Shown here: one piece after another, positions 17,588 to 26,576 of the stretch | Position numbering within the stretch: position 1 is the stretch's first letter | Layout of the letters: each line of letters begins with the position of its first letter | From: Pseudomonadota bacterium | GTDB taxonomy: Bacteria; Pseudomonadota; Alphaproteobacteria; Rhodobacterales; Rhodobacteraceae | Reading direction: 5' to 3' | Assembly (NCBI GenBank): GCA_039030715.1 | Contig: JBCCDU010000006.1 | Location: 6,331 to 70,330, forward strand | Length of the DNA: 64,000 bases | Made by a program: the position numbers and the translations under genes | The notes under the pieces: model-generated | Databases searched by the model: none | Seen by the model: only the letters and a program-made list of their open reading frames with translations | What the model was told of the DNA's origin: nothing

Positions 17588-19150
17588 TCACAAGCCCACG
17601 GCGCTCTGCGGAAGATGGATCGGGAAAGCCTCGCGCACAGCCCGGTCGATCAGGGGGTCGAGATGGCTGGGGAAATAGCCATCCAGAATCTCGCGCTTGC
17701 GGGCGATGGTTTTCTCGATCAGGTCGGGGCGGCCCAGTTCGTTCCACTCCTTAGGGCTCGTCCGGTCACCGAGGGCTGGGTAAATGTACTCCGTCTGCAT
17801 CAGGCCCAGCGTCTGGTCGTGGCCGAGATAATGGCCCGGCCCCTCGAGGCAGACCGAGCGCATGACCTCCAGGCTCACTGTGTCCTCGGTCACCTCGATC
17901 CCGCGTACGCAGCGCTGGCATTGACCCAGCATGTCGTCGCCAAGGATCAGACTCTCGAAGCAAAAGCCCAGCAGCGAGGCATGCATGCCTACGCTTTCGT
18001 AGATCATGTTGGCACCGGAGAGGCCGACCATGACGTTGGAAATCGCCTGCTCCCACCCCGCTTGCATGTCCGGCAATTTGGCGTCGGCGATCCCCGACGC
18101 CGTACCGCCCGGCAGGCCATAGAACCGATGCATCTGCGCACAGCCAGACGATAGCAGGGCCTGCTCGCCCGAGCCTCCGGACATCGCGCCGGTGCGTAGA
18201 TCGCTGACGAAAGGCCATGTGCCGAAGATCGCCGGGTGGCCTGGTTTGACGCTGTTTACATAGACTACGCCGGCCAGGCACTCCGCCACTGCCTGCACGA
18301 TGGCCCCGGCAATAGGTGCGGGCGAGGTCGCCCCCGCCTGTCCAGCGCTGAGGAGCAGGACGGGCATTCCGCCATGGATGCAAGCCTCCATCACCTCGCA
18401 GGCTTCAGTCGCGAATTTCATCGGCGGCACGACGAAGCAGTTCGAGTTCGAGATGAAAGGCCGCGCGCGCCAGGTCTCCTCGCCACCTGCCAGCATGTGG
18501 ATAAGCTCCAGGCAGCCCGGCATGTGCGAGGGTTCGACAAAGCTGGTTCCAATATGTTTGCGCGTGCCCCGGACACAGGCATAGAGCGTGTTCAGATCCA
18601 GCTCGTAATTGTCGAGGACGTCGCGACAGACCATCGGGCGTTGCAGGAAATGCACGTTATCGAGGCAATCGACGATGCGTGCCGCGTCGTAGAGGTCCTG
18701 CAGGGTCGAGTCGCGGTATTCTCGCTTCTCCACATCCACCATATGCACCGCAGCGCCGGCGGTGCCGTAATGCACCTTGGTGCCAGAGAGGTGGAGGTCA
18801 TGTTTCGGATCACGCGCGCAGAGCGAGATGTCGCGGGCGGCGACGGCCAGCATGTCCTCGACCAGCGCACGCGGAAAGCGCAGGCGGCCATCGTCGCCCA
18901 GAATGGCGCCCGCCGCAGTCATCGCCGCGACGCCGCTTTCGGGCGCAAGGCTGATTCCGATCTGCTCCAGCGCATCCAGTGCTGCCTGGTGGATGCGGCT
19001 CACGCCAGCCTCGTCCAGCACATTATAGTTGCCGCCCTTAAGGCCTGCGCGGACAGGGCGCAGGTCATCCGCCAGCGGCGCGGCACGCAGAGCCTGGCGG
19101 GCAGAACGCCCCCCGGCACGGCGGCCACGTTTGGTTTCGGCTTCGGTCAT
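17588..19150 (-). CDS. Trimethylamine methyltransferase (MttB) family protein, non-pyrrolysine type
   Basis: RRAGGRSARQALR N-terminus, SDLRTGAMSGGSGE and KLPDMQAGWEQ motifs; uninterrupted 520-aa ORF with no in-frame TAG. Confidence 0.9.
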   Translation of the reverse strand: MTEAETKRGRRAGGRSARQALRAAPLADDLRPVRAGLKGGNYNVLDEAGVSRIHQAALDALEQIGISLAPESGVAAMTAAGAILGDDGRLRFPRALVEDMLAVAARDISLCARDPKHDLHLSGTKVHYGTAGAAVHMVDVEKREYRDSTLQDLYDAARIVDCLDNVHFLQRPMVCRDVLDNYELDLNTLYACVRGTRKHIGTSFVEPSHMPGCLELIHMLAGGEETWRARPFISNSNCFVVPPMKFATEACEVMEACIHGGMPVLLLSAGQAGATSPAPIAGAIVQAVAECLAGVVYVNSVKPGHPAIFGTWPFVSDLRTGAMSGGSGEQALLSSGCAQMHRFYGLPGGTASGIADAKLPDMQAGWEQAISNVMVGLSGANMIYESVGMHASLLGFCFESLILGDDMLGQCQRCVRGIEVTEDTVSLEVMRSVCLEGPGHYLGHDQTLGLMQTEYIYPALGDRTSPKEWNELGRPDLIEKTIARKREILDGYFPSHLDPLIDRAVREAFPIHLPQSAVGL

Positions 19151-19369
19151 ACAAGGTCTCCAGTTATCAGGGGTCGGTCCGGTTTCAGACCGCCTGTGGA
19201 GACCCCCGCGCCGCCCTGCCCCGGGCAGCGCCTATGGTCAACAGATGACGCCGATACTGCGTGTCAGAGGGCATTGCCGCCCCTCCCGATTGTCTCTCCC
19301 AAGACTTTTTTGCCAGCTTGGCCGGGGGCTGCGCGCGCGTCAACGCCAGATCGTGCCGTTTTCAGGCTG

Positions 19370-20206
19370 TCAGGCGGGACGACCGGCCTTGAGCAACGCT
19401 TCGATCTCCGCGAACGGGGCGCCCTGCTCCGCCCCTCTGAAAGTGCCGTCGCGCAAGATTTCGCGCACGGCTTCGATCCCGGCGCCATAGGCCCGGCGGG
19501 CCAGTGACGAGCCCAGACTGATGCGGCTGACCCCAGCAGCGGCGAGAGCGGCGACGCCGAGCCCCTTGGGCCGGATCCCGATCACCACATTGAGCGGTTT
19601 GGTAACGGCGGAAGCCACCGCGCGGATCGCTTCCATATCGGGCAGACCGGGAGCGTAAAGGCAATCGGCGCCCGCAGCTTCGAAAGCCTGCAACCGGCGG
19701 ATGGTGTCATCCAAATCCGAGCGGCCATGCAGGAAATTCTCGGCGCGGGCTGTCAGCGTGAAACGGATATCGAGCGCGCGGGCTGCAGAAACCGCGGCCT
19801 CGATGCGCGCGACGGCGGCGTCGAACGGGAAGATCGGGGCGTCGCGATCCGCCGTCACGTCCTCGATCGTACAACCGACCAGGCCCACCTCGGCAGCGAG
19901 GCGTACGGTCTCGGCCACGGTTGCTGGCGCCGGACCGAAGCCGTCCTCCAAATCCGCACTGACCGGCAGATCCGTCGCGCTGACCAAGTCGGCGGAATGG
20001 GCGAGCGCTGCTGCGCGGCCTGTCACACCAACGCGGTCGGCATTGCCCTGGCTGAAAGCAAATCCCGCAGAGGTGGTCGCGAGTGCCTGAAAGCCGAGGC
20101 CCGCAAGCATTCGGGCAGATCCCACGTCCCAAGCATTGGGCATCACGAAGGCGCCCGGCTGGTGATGCAGGGCGTGAAAGGCCTCGGCCTTGGCGCGTTG
20201 GGTCAT
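19370..20206 (-). CDS. Isocitrate lyase/PEP mutase family protein
   Basis: MPNAWDVGSARM, ATTSAGFA, PVSADLEDGFG, TIEDV and GADCLYAPG. Start set at 20206. Confidence 0.9.
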   Translation of the reverse strand: MTQRAKAEAFHALHHQPGAFVMPNAWDVGSARMLAGLGFQALATTSAGFAFSQGNADRVGVTGRAAALAHSADLVSATDLPVSADLEDGFGPAPATVAETVRLAAEVGLVGCTIEDVTADRDAPIFPFDAAVARIEAAVSAARALDIRFTLTARAENFLHGRSDLDDTIRRLQAFEAAGADCLYAPGLPDMEAIRAVASAVTKPLNVVIGIRPKGLGVAALAAAGVSRISLGSSLARRAYGAGIEAVREILRDGTFRGAEQGAPFAEIEALLKAGRPA

Positions 20207-20227
20207 CGGTTCCTCTCTTTTGTCGGG

Positions 20228-20285
20228 CTGGGTGGGTTTGCAGCGTGCACCCCTGCGGGGCACACGACTGCCCACCCGCCCAGCC
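20228..20285. repeat. Intergenic GC-rich long hairpin (REP-like or terminator)
   Basis: GGCTGGGTGGG...CCCACCCGCCCAGCC outer arms with inner CAGCGTG/CACGACTG pairing, between the decarboxylase stop and the ICL/PEPM start. Confidence 0.45.
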
Positions 20286-20293
20286 AAATCTTG

Positions 20294-21694
20294 TCAGGCG
20301 AGGTCACTTGCAATCTCCTGGATCACGGCCCAAGCGAGGGCGACATCCTGCTCGGTCGTATCCCATTGACCGATGGTGAACCGGATCACGAACTGGCCCT
20401 CGTGTCGGGTCTGGGTAAGATAAATCCGGCCGTCATCGTTGATCGCCTGGACCAGATGGGCGTTCAGAGCGTCCGTATCGGCACCATCGCGCAGATAGCG
20501 GAACGTGAACAGGGCGAACATCGGCGGGGTGGTGACTTCGAAATCCGGGTGGGCGTCGACCTCTTTGGCCAGATCCCGTGTCCAGCGGATGTGACTGCCG
20601 ATCCGCTCGCGCAGCCCCGACAGGCCATAGGCCCGCAGCACGAACCAGAGCTTCAGCGCCCGAAACCGACGGCCGAGTTGCGGCGTCCATTCGGAGAAAT
20701 TGACAATCTGCTCGTGCCCAGCCGTATGCAGGTAATCCGGGCGCATCGCCAGAGTGCGGATCTGCTCGGCCGGATCGGCGAGGAACTGGACCGAACAGTC
20801 GAATTGCACGCCCAGCCATTTATGCGGGTTGATGACGATTGAGTCCGCTGCATTGATCCCGGCCCAGTGATGGCGCTCCTCTGGACAGATCATCGCAGCG
20901 CCCGCCCAGGCGGCGTCCACATGGGCCATCAAGCCATGACGTTTCGCGATCTCGATGACCGGGCCGACGGGATCGGACGCGCCGATGCCAGTGCCGCCGA
21001 CACAGATAACCACGCCCGCCGGGATGAGGCCCGCAGTCAGATCCGCCTCGATCGCTGTCTCCAAAGCGTCCGGGCGCATCGCCCAAAGGTCATCAACCGG
21101 GATCTTCACCAGGTTGTCCTGTCCGATCCCCGCCATGCGCACGGCTTTATCGACCGAGGAATGGGTCTGTGCCGAGGCATAGATCCGCATCTGACCCGTC
21201 ACGCCGCTGCGGTTGGCCTGCCCGGCGCTGGCGCGCTCTCGCATCGTTAAAATCGCCGAAAATGTCGCCATCGAGGCCGTGTCATGGGTGACCCCACTGA
21301 AATGGTCCGCGAGTCCGAAGGCTTGACGCAACCAATCGATCATCCGCGCTTCCATCTCGGTCGCCACCGGCGAGGTCTGCCAGAGAAGCGGATTGACCGC
21401 CATCGCTGTCGTCAGATGCTCAGCCACCATGGAAGCCGGGGACGCGTTGGACGGGAAATAGGCGAAGAAACGCGGATGCTGCCAATGCGTGAGACCCGGC
21501 GGGACGATCCGTTCGAAGTCGGCCCAGATATCCTCCATCGGCTCGGGCTGTTCCGGCGGCGCATCCGCCAGAAGATCCGCGATCTGTCCCGGAACCACCT
21601 GCGCCCGAACCGGTTTATCGCGCAAGCCCGCGAGATAATCCGCACCCCAGCGCATCGCCCGTTCAGCCCAACTCGGATAATCTCTGCGATCCAT
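20294..21694 (-). CDS. PLP-dependent group II decarboxylase (aromatic-L-amino-acid decarboxylase family)
   Basis: HWQHPRFFAYFP, HSSVDKA, HVDAAWAG, NPHKW (PLP lysine) and RRFRALKLWF. Confidence 0.92.
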   Translation of the reverse strand: MDRRDYPSWAERAMRWGADYLAGLRDKPVRAQVVPGQIADLLADAPPEQPEPMEDIWADFERIVPPGLTHWQHPRFFAYFPSNASPASMVAEHLTTAMAVNPLLWQTSPVATEMEARMIDWLRQAFGLADHFSGVTHDTASMATFSAILTMRERASAGQANRSGVTGQMRIYASAQTHSSVDKAVRMAGIGQDNLVKIPVDDLWAMRPDALETAIEADLTAGLIPAGVVICVGGTGIGASDPVGPVIEIAKRHGLMAHVDAAWAGAAMICPEERHHWAGINAADSIVINPHKWLGVQFDCSVQFLADPAEQIRTLAMRPDYLHTAGHEQIVNFSEWTPQLGRRFRALKLWFVLRAYGLSGLRERIGSHIRWTRDLAKEVDAHPDFEVTTPPMFALFTFRYLRDGADTDALNAHLVQAINDDGRIYLTQTRHEGQFVIRFTIGQWDTTEQDVALAWAVIQEIASDLA

Positions 21695-21697
21695 CGG

Positions 21698-22294
21698 TCA
21701 CTCCGCCAATAGCTTCAGACCAAATCCGGCGAAGATCGCACCGGTCACGCGCATCACAACCATACGCATGCGGCGATAGAGGCTGACCAGCGCTTGGGTC
21801 GATCCCACCACCGCCACGATCCCGTACCAAAGCGTCGAGATCAAGCAGACCAGCAGGATCGCGGCAAGCGAGGTGAGCACCGGCGCATCGGGCGGCAGGG
21901 CCACCGCGAAGATCGACGCCGCAAAAGCGGCGGTTTTGGGATTCGCCAGATTGGTCGCGAGGCCGAATAGAAAGGCCCGGCTGGTTGGCAACTGCTGCAC
22001 AGCGTCGGTCGCTACCGCCTTCCGCCAAAGCATGATGCCAACCCAGATCAAATAGCACGCACCCACCATGCGAATGACAACCGCAGTAGCAGGAAACGCC
22101 GCAAAAAGCGCCTTGAGCCCGAAGAAACCCGCAACAGCCCAGAGCGCGGTTCCGATCACCGTTCCCAGCGCGCAGGCCAACGCGGCGCGGCGCCCCCGCC
22201 CGGCGGCGATCTGCATCACCGCGAAGAAGTTCGGTCCGGGCGTCGCCGCTGCCAAAAACCAGAAAATCGCCAGGGTCGCGAAAGCCTCGATCAT
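21698..22294 (-). CDS. LysE/RhtB family exporter
   Basis: ATPGPNF and GLATNLANPKTA motifs. Start set at 22294. Confidence 0.9.
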   Translation of the reverse strand: MIEAFATLAIFWFLAAATPGPNFFAVMQIAAGRGRRAALACALGTVIGTALWAVAGFFGLKALFAAFPATAVVIRMVGACYLIWVGIMLWRKAVATDAVQQLPTSRAFLFGLATNLANPKTAAFAASIFAVALPPDAPVLTSLAAILLVCLISTLWYGIVAVVGSTQALVSLYRRMRMVVMRVTGAIFAGFGLKLLAE

Positions 22295-22363
22295 ATGGCC
22301 ATGCCTAGCGCTCCTTGCCCTGCGGCGCCAGCCACATTGCGCAAATGCCGGTGCGACGCGCCA

Positions 22364-22431
22364 GCGGTCATGTCCGTGCTTGCACGGGCCGGCGGGCACC
22401 CGCCGCTGCGCGCCTTCGCGCAGATGACCGC
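22364..22431 (+). repeat. Structured intergenic element: closing stem plus three hairpins
   Basis: GCGGTCAT/ATGACCGC 8-bp stem enclosing GTCCGTG-CTTG-CACGGGC, GGCGG-GCAC-CCGCC and CTGCGCG-CCTT-CGCGCAG. Confidence 0.65.
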
Positions 22432-22447
22432 GACGTTGCCAAATGCG

Positions 22448-24892
22448 CTACACCTTCACGCGCTCCGATTTCGGATCATACATCGGCTTCAGGCTCGCCT
22501 CTGCAGCGACACGCGTCCCCGCGATCTCGATCTCGTAAGTCGAGGCCAGCATCTCCGCCGGCTTCTCCCCCTGCCCGGGCACATAGCCAAGGCCGATCGC
22601 AGCCCCCAGATGGTGCCCGTAATTGCCCGAACTCAGATACCCGACCATCTCGCCATCGCGCCAGATCGGCTCGTTGTGATAGAGCATCGGCCCCGCATCG
22701 GTCAGCTTGAACTGCATCAGGCGACGCGACAAACCAGCCTCTTTCTTGGCCAGCACGGCCTCGCGGCCGACGAAGTCAGGCTTGTCAGTCTTAACCGCAA
22801 AGCCCAGGCCGGCTTCCAGCACATGATCCTCATCGGTGATGTCATGGCCGAAATGACGAAAGCCCTTTTCGATCCGGCAGGTATCCATCATGTGCATGCC
22901 GCAAAGCTTCAGCCCGTGATCCTCGCCAGCCTCGGCCAGTGTCTCGAAGACATGCGCCGCCTGATCGGTCGGCATATAGATCTCCCAGCCGAGCTCGCCG
23001 ACATAGGTGACGCGATGCGCCCTGGCCATTCCCATGCCGATCTCGATCTCATGCGCCCAACCGAAGGGATGGGTGGCGTTGGTCCAGTCATGCGGGCTGA
23101 CAGCGGCTAGCAGATCGCGGGATTTGGGGCCCATCACGGCAAGGCACCCTTCGGCAGCGGTGACATCGGTGAAGACTACGCGGGCGTCGCCTGCATGACG
23201 CTTCAGCCAGCTCAGATCGCGCACGGCCGTAGCGGCGGGGGTCACGATTAGATAAGCATCCTCCGCCAGCCGGGTCACGGTTACATCTGCCTCGATCCCG
23301 CCGCGGGCGTTCAGGAACTGGGTGTAGACGATCTTGCCCACCGACACCGACATGTCGCCACCGCAGATGCGGTTGAGCGCCGCCTCGGCCTCCGGCCCCT
23401 CGGCCCGGATCTTGCCGAAACTGGTCATGTCATAAATGCCGACGCCGGTGCGGATCGCTTCATGCTCCTCAGCCGCGTTCTCGAACCAGTTCTGGCGGCC
23501 CCAGGAATAGTCGTATTCCGGCGTCTGCCCATTGCGGGCGAACCAGTTGGGCCGTTCCCATCCTGCCGTCTCGCCAAAGCATGCGCCCCGTGCCTTCATA
23601 TGCTCGTGGAACGGGCTGCGACGCACACCGCGAGAGGTGGCATATTGCCGGTAGGGCCAGTGATCGGCATAGAGCAGCCCCAGTGTTTCGCTCACCCGCT
23701 CGCGCAGATAGGTTTTGTTGTTCTGAAAGGGTTGCACGCGCCGGATATCCACATCCCAGAGGTCGAATGGCGGCTCACCCCGGTCAATCCACTGGCTAAG
23801 CGCATGGCCCGCCCCGCCCGAGGAGACGATCCCGATCGAGTTATACCCGGCGGCCACCCAGAACCCTTCCAGATTTGGCGCCTGACCCAGATAGTAGCGG
23901 TCATCCGGGGTGAAACTCTCTGGCCCGTTGAAAAACGTATGGATCCCTGCCTCGGCCAGCATCGGCACCCGGTTGATGGCCTGCTCCAAAATCGGCTCGA
24001 AGTGGTCGAAGTCCTCGGGCAACTGGTCGAACTCGAAATTTTCGGGAATGCCATTGGTGGCCCACGGCTTTGCCACCGGTTCGAATGCCCCCAGCAGCAT
24101 CTTGCCTGCGTCTTCCTTGTAATAGGCGCATTCATCCGGAACGCGCAGCACGGGAAGTTGTTTCAGTCCCTCGACCGCCTCCGTGACGATATAGAAGTGC
24201 TCGCAGGCGTGGAGCGGAACCGGGACGCCCGCCATCAGCCCCACATCGCGCGCCCACATGCCCCCGCAATTGATCACCACATCGGCGCTGATCGTGCCGG
24301 TGTCGCCGCCCTTTTCCCATGCGACGCCGGTAACCTTGCCCCGGTCCTGATGGATTGCCGTGACCTTCACACCCTCGACGATCTTGGCGCCGTTCTGCCG
24401 GGCGCCCTTGGCCAGCGCCAGCGCGATATTGGCCGGATCTGCCTGACCATCGGCGGGCAGATGCACAGCACTCACCACATCCGCAACATTCAGATGCGGG
24501 TAGAGGTTTTTGACCTCGCTGGGGGAGACTTCCTCCGCCTCCACCCCGAAGGCCCGGGCGAGCGAGGCCTGGCGCAGGATCTCCTCGCGCCGCGCCTCGG
24601 TCAGGGCGACAGTCAGCGAGCCGTTCTGCTTCATGCCCGTGGCCACGCCCGTTTCGGCCTCGAGCTGCACGTAGAGCTCCGCTGAATACTTCGCCAGCCG
24701 CGTCATGTTCTGATTGGGCCGCAACTGCCCGATCAGCCCCGCCGCATGCCAGGTGGTGCCGCAGGTGAGCTGCTTGCGCTCCAGCAATACCACCTCGTCC
24801 CAACCGAGCTTCGCCAGGTGATAAGCCACCGAACAGCCAGAAACCCCGCCGCCAATAATGATTGCCCGCGCCTTGGTGGGTAACCCTGTCAT
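22448..24892 (-). CDS. GcvT-family FAD-dependent oxidoreductase (sarcosine/dimethylglycine dehydrogenase-like), copy 2
   Basis: IIGGGVSG, GTTWHAAG, NGPESFTPD, GWERPNWF and a C-terminal aminomethyltransferase (folate-binding) domain. Confidence 0.93.
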   Translation of the reverse strand: MTGLPTKARAIIIGGGVSGCSVAYHLAKLGWDEVVLLERKQLTCGTTWHAAGLIGQLRPNQNMTRLAKYSAELYVQLEAETGVATGMKQNGSLTVALTEARREEILRQASLARAFGVEAEEVSPSEVKNLYPHLNVADVVSAVHLPADGQADPANIALALAKGARQNGAKIVEGVKVTAIHQDRGKVTGVAWEKGGDTGTISADVVINCGGMWARDVGLMAGVPVPLHACEHFYIVTEAVEGLKQLPVLRVPDECAYYKEDAGKMLLGAFEPVAKPWATNGIPENFEFDQLPEDFDHFEPILEQAINRVPMLAEAGIHTFFNGPESFTPDDRYYLGQAPNLEGFWVAAGYNSIGIVSSGGAGHALSQWIDRGEPPFDLWDVDIRRVQPFQNNKTYLRERVSETLGLLYADHWPYRQYATSRGVRRSPFHEHMKARGACFGETAGWERPNWFARNGQTPEYDYSWGRQNWFENAAEEHEAIRTGVGIYDMTSFGKIRAEGPEAEAALNRICGGDMSVSVGKIVYTQFLNARGGIEADVTVTRLAEDAYLIVTPAATAVRDLSWLKRHAGDARVVFTDVTAAEGCLAVMGPKSRDLLAAVSPHDWTNATHPFGWAHEIEIGMGMARAHRVTYVGELGWEIYMPTDQAAHVFETLAEAGEDHGLKLCGMHMMDTCRIEKGFRHFGHDITDEDHVLEAGLGFAVKTDKPDFVGREAVLAKKEAGLSRRLMQFKLTDAGPMLYHNEPIWRDGEMVGYLSSGNYGHHLGAAIGLGYVPGQGEKPAEMLASTYEIEIAGTRVAAEASLKPMYDPKSERVKV

Positions 24893-24928
24893 CTCGCGCT
24901 CTCCAACATTTCGATTGATCCCAGTGTT

Positions 24929-25040
24929 GCGGAGCGGGGGCCGATCCGGCCATCTGCGCGGTCATCCCGCGCAGGCGAGGGGGCTCGCCCCCCCCCGAGC
25001 AGTCCCGCAAGGGACATTGCCGGTTTGGCCCCCTCTCTGC
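24929..25040. repeat. Structured intergenic element with 22-bp imperfect terminal inverted repeats and three internal hairpins
   Basis: Arms at 24929-24950 and 25019-25040 match 18/22; internal CTGCGCGG-TCATC-CCGCGCAG, GGCGAG-GGGG-CTCGCC and GTCCC-GCAA-GGGAC. Confidence 0.7.
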
Positions 25041-25048
25041 GCGCTACA

Positions 25049-25519
25049 TCAACCACCCAGCACCTCTGCCTGCATCGCCGTAAACCGCTCCAAATATGCC
25101 CGGCGCAGCTCTGCTTCCTCGGCACCCACATCATATGCTGGGGTCGTCAGCGGCTTTACGCTCGCCAGTTCGATCCTCACAAAGCCCTTGATCAGCTTGG
25201 CGAGATCCTCTCCAAACAGTTCCGTCCAGCGGGGTATCAGGTCTGCGAAGGTCTCAGTCTTCGGCCCGTCATAGCGGGCTTCGCCGCGAAACCGCGCCCC
25301 CTTGCGGGCGAAGACATCGACCATATTGACCTCGACCCGCGCGTCATAAGCCAGGTTGTGCTTGGTTTGGGGCGAGCGAATCTCGGCAAAGACCAGCGTC
25401 GTCGTGTCCAGCGCCTGGAACGTGCCCTTGGGCGAGACATTCGGCCCCTCCGGCCCGATCGTCGCGATATGGCCAAGCCGCCACTCATCGACGAAGCGCA
25501 TGATCTCCGGCGTCATCAT
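25049..25519 (-). CDS. Pyridoxamine 5'-phosphate oxidase-like FMN-binding protein
   Basis: GHIATIGPEGPNVSPKG...SPQTKHNL..D.RV motif. Start set at 25519 with ATGA overlap. Confidence 0.85.
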   Translation of the reverse strand: MMTPEIMRFVDEWRLGHIATIGPEGPNVSPKGTFQALDTTTLVFAEIRSPQTKHNLAYDARVEVNMVDVFARKGARFRGEARYDGPKTETFADLIPRWTELFGEDLAKLIKGFVRIELASVKPLTTPAYDVGAEEAELRRAYLERFTAMQAEVLGG

Positions 25520-26415
25520 TCGGGCATTCCAACGATCTCGTGGCCCGCAGCCGTCAGCCGCTCGGCAAGCGTTGCGATATGCGCAGGGCCGACCTCGCAG
25601 CACCCACCAAGGATCGTGGCACCGCCATCGACCCAGCCAAGCGCGAAGTCCGCGTAAGGATCAGGGCCCAGATCCTCCCGTGCGGTCAGCGCATCGACAG
25701 TCCCGCCGGGCTGCAACGGCGCCACGGAAACAAACCCATTGGCATAGGCTCCAACGGGACCATTCAGTGCCGCTAATTCCGGCAGAGCGGCATCCACGCT
25801 CTCCGGATGGCAGCAATTTACCAGATGGGCGGCAACCGGCAAATGTGCGATTGCGGCAGCCGCCTCCGCGATGCGTTCACCGGAGCGCAGATGGGCGTCG
25901 CCGCCATCCTTCAAGGTCCACGCCACCCAGATCGGTTTGCCACTTTCGGCAGCCGCCGTGACCGCGGCGAATGCTTCGGCCGCATTCGGCATGGTCTCCG
26001 CCAGGAAGACATCCACATGCGGTGCCTGAGCCGCGACGATCCGGCGGTACTCGGCCAGGGCAACCTCCGGCTCCGGCGTCATGTCCGGTCGGTAAGAGCC
26101 GATCAAAGGTGGCAGGCATCCAGCCAAAGTGACATCGCTACGCGAGCCTCGCGCTTCCGCTGCCAGAGCGCAGGCGGTATTCTGCAGCTCGTCGAATGAC
26201 TCCGCCTCCCCGTCGCGCGCGAGCCTCGGGCCCGTCATCGCATAGGCATTTACGGTCAGGACGCGGGCACCGGCCTCTAGATAGTCGCGATGGACCTCGC
26301 GCACGATCTCGGGTTCGTGCCGCATCACCTGAGTGGACCAGAGCGGATGAACCGGATGTTTCGAACGGGCAATGAGCTCCTGCCCCATCCCGCCATCCAT
26401 CAAGACGATCTTCAT
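25516..26415 (-). CDS. Homocysteine S-methyltransferase family protein (stand-alone)
   Basis: LMDGGMGQEL, HRDYLEAGA, VNCCHPE and GGCCEVGP zinc ligands. The second ATG (26415) fits SD AGGGA better than 26424. Confidence 0.9.
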   Translation of the reverse strand: MKIVLMDGGMGQELIARSKHPVHPLWSTQVMRHEPEIVREVHRDYLEAGARVLTVNAYAMTGPRLARDGEAESFDELQNTACALAAEARGSRSDVTLAGCLPPLIGSYRPDMTPEPEVALAEYRRIVAAQAPHVDVFLAETMPNAAEAFAAVTAAAESGKPIWVAWTLKDGGDAHLRSGERIAEAAAAIAHLPVAAHLVNCCHPESVDAALPELAALNGPVGAYANGFVSVAPLQPGGTVDALTAREDLGPDPYADFALGWVDGGATILGGCCEVGPAHIATLAERLTAAGHEIVGMPE

Positions 26416-26576
26416 GCGTGGCATTCCCTGCAGCAGGTGCTTAGGGTCGAGCGATGCGCAAAGCGGCCATATGCGGGCAAGCCCGCATCAGCAGGGACCC
26501 TGCTGGCCCGTGTTCCACGGGCATGGCCGCGGGTCGCACGCCGCTCCAGGCTTGGGTCTGCGGGTACTTCGATCAT
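26412..26576 (-). CDS. Possible 54-aa small ORF or gene remnant
   Basis: Its ATG overlaps the upstream stop (ATGA) and its TGA overlaps the downstream ATG (ATGA); no recognisable motif. Confidence 0.3.
   Translation of the reverse strand: MIEVPADPSLERRATRGHARGTRASRVPADAGLPAYGRFAHRSTLSTCCRECHA

Noticed and set aside
17588-19150. Pyrrolysine recoding in the MttB-family gene
   Set aside because: No in-frame TAG and no pyl genes in the window.
24893-25048. Possible glycine riboswitch upstream of the GcvT-family gene
   Set aside because: Glycine-aptamer consensus segments not found; the region is explained by the structured repeat element.
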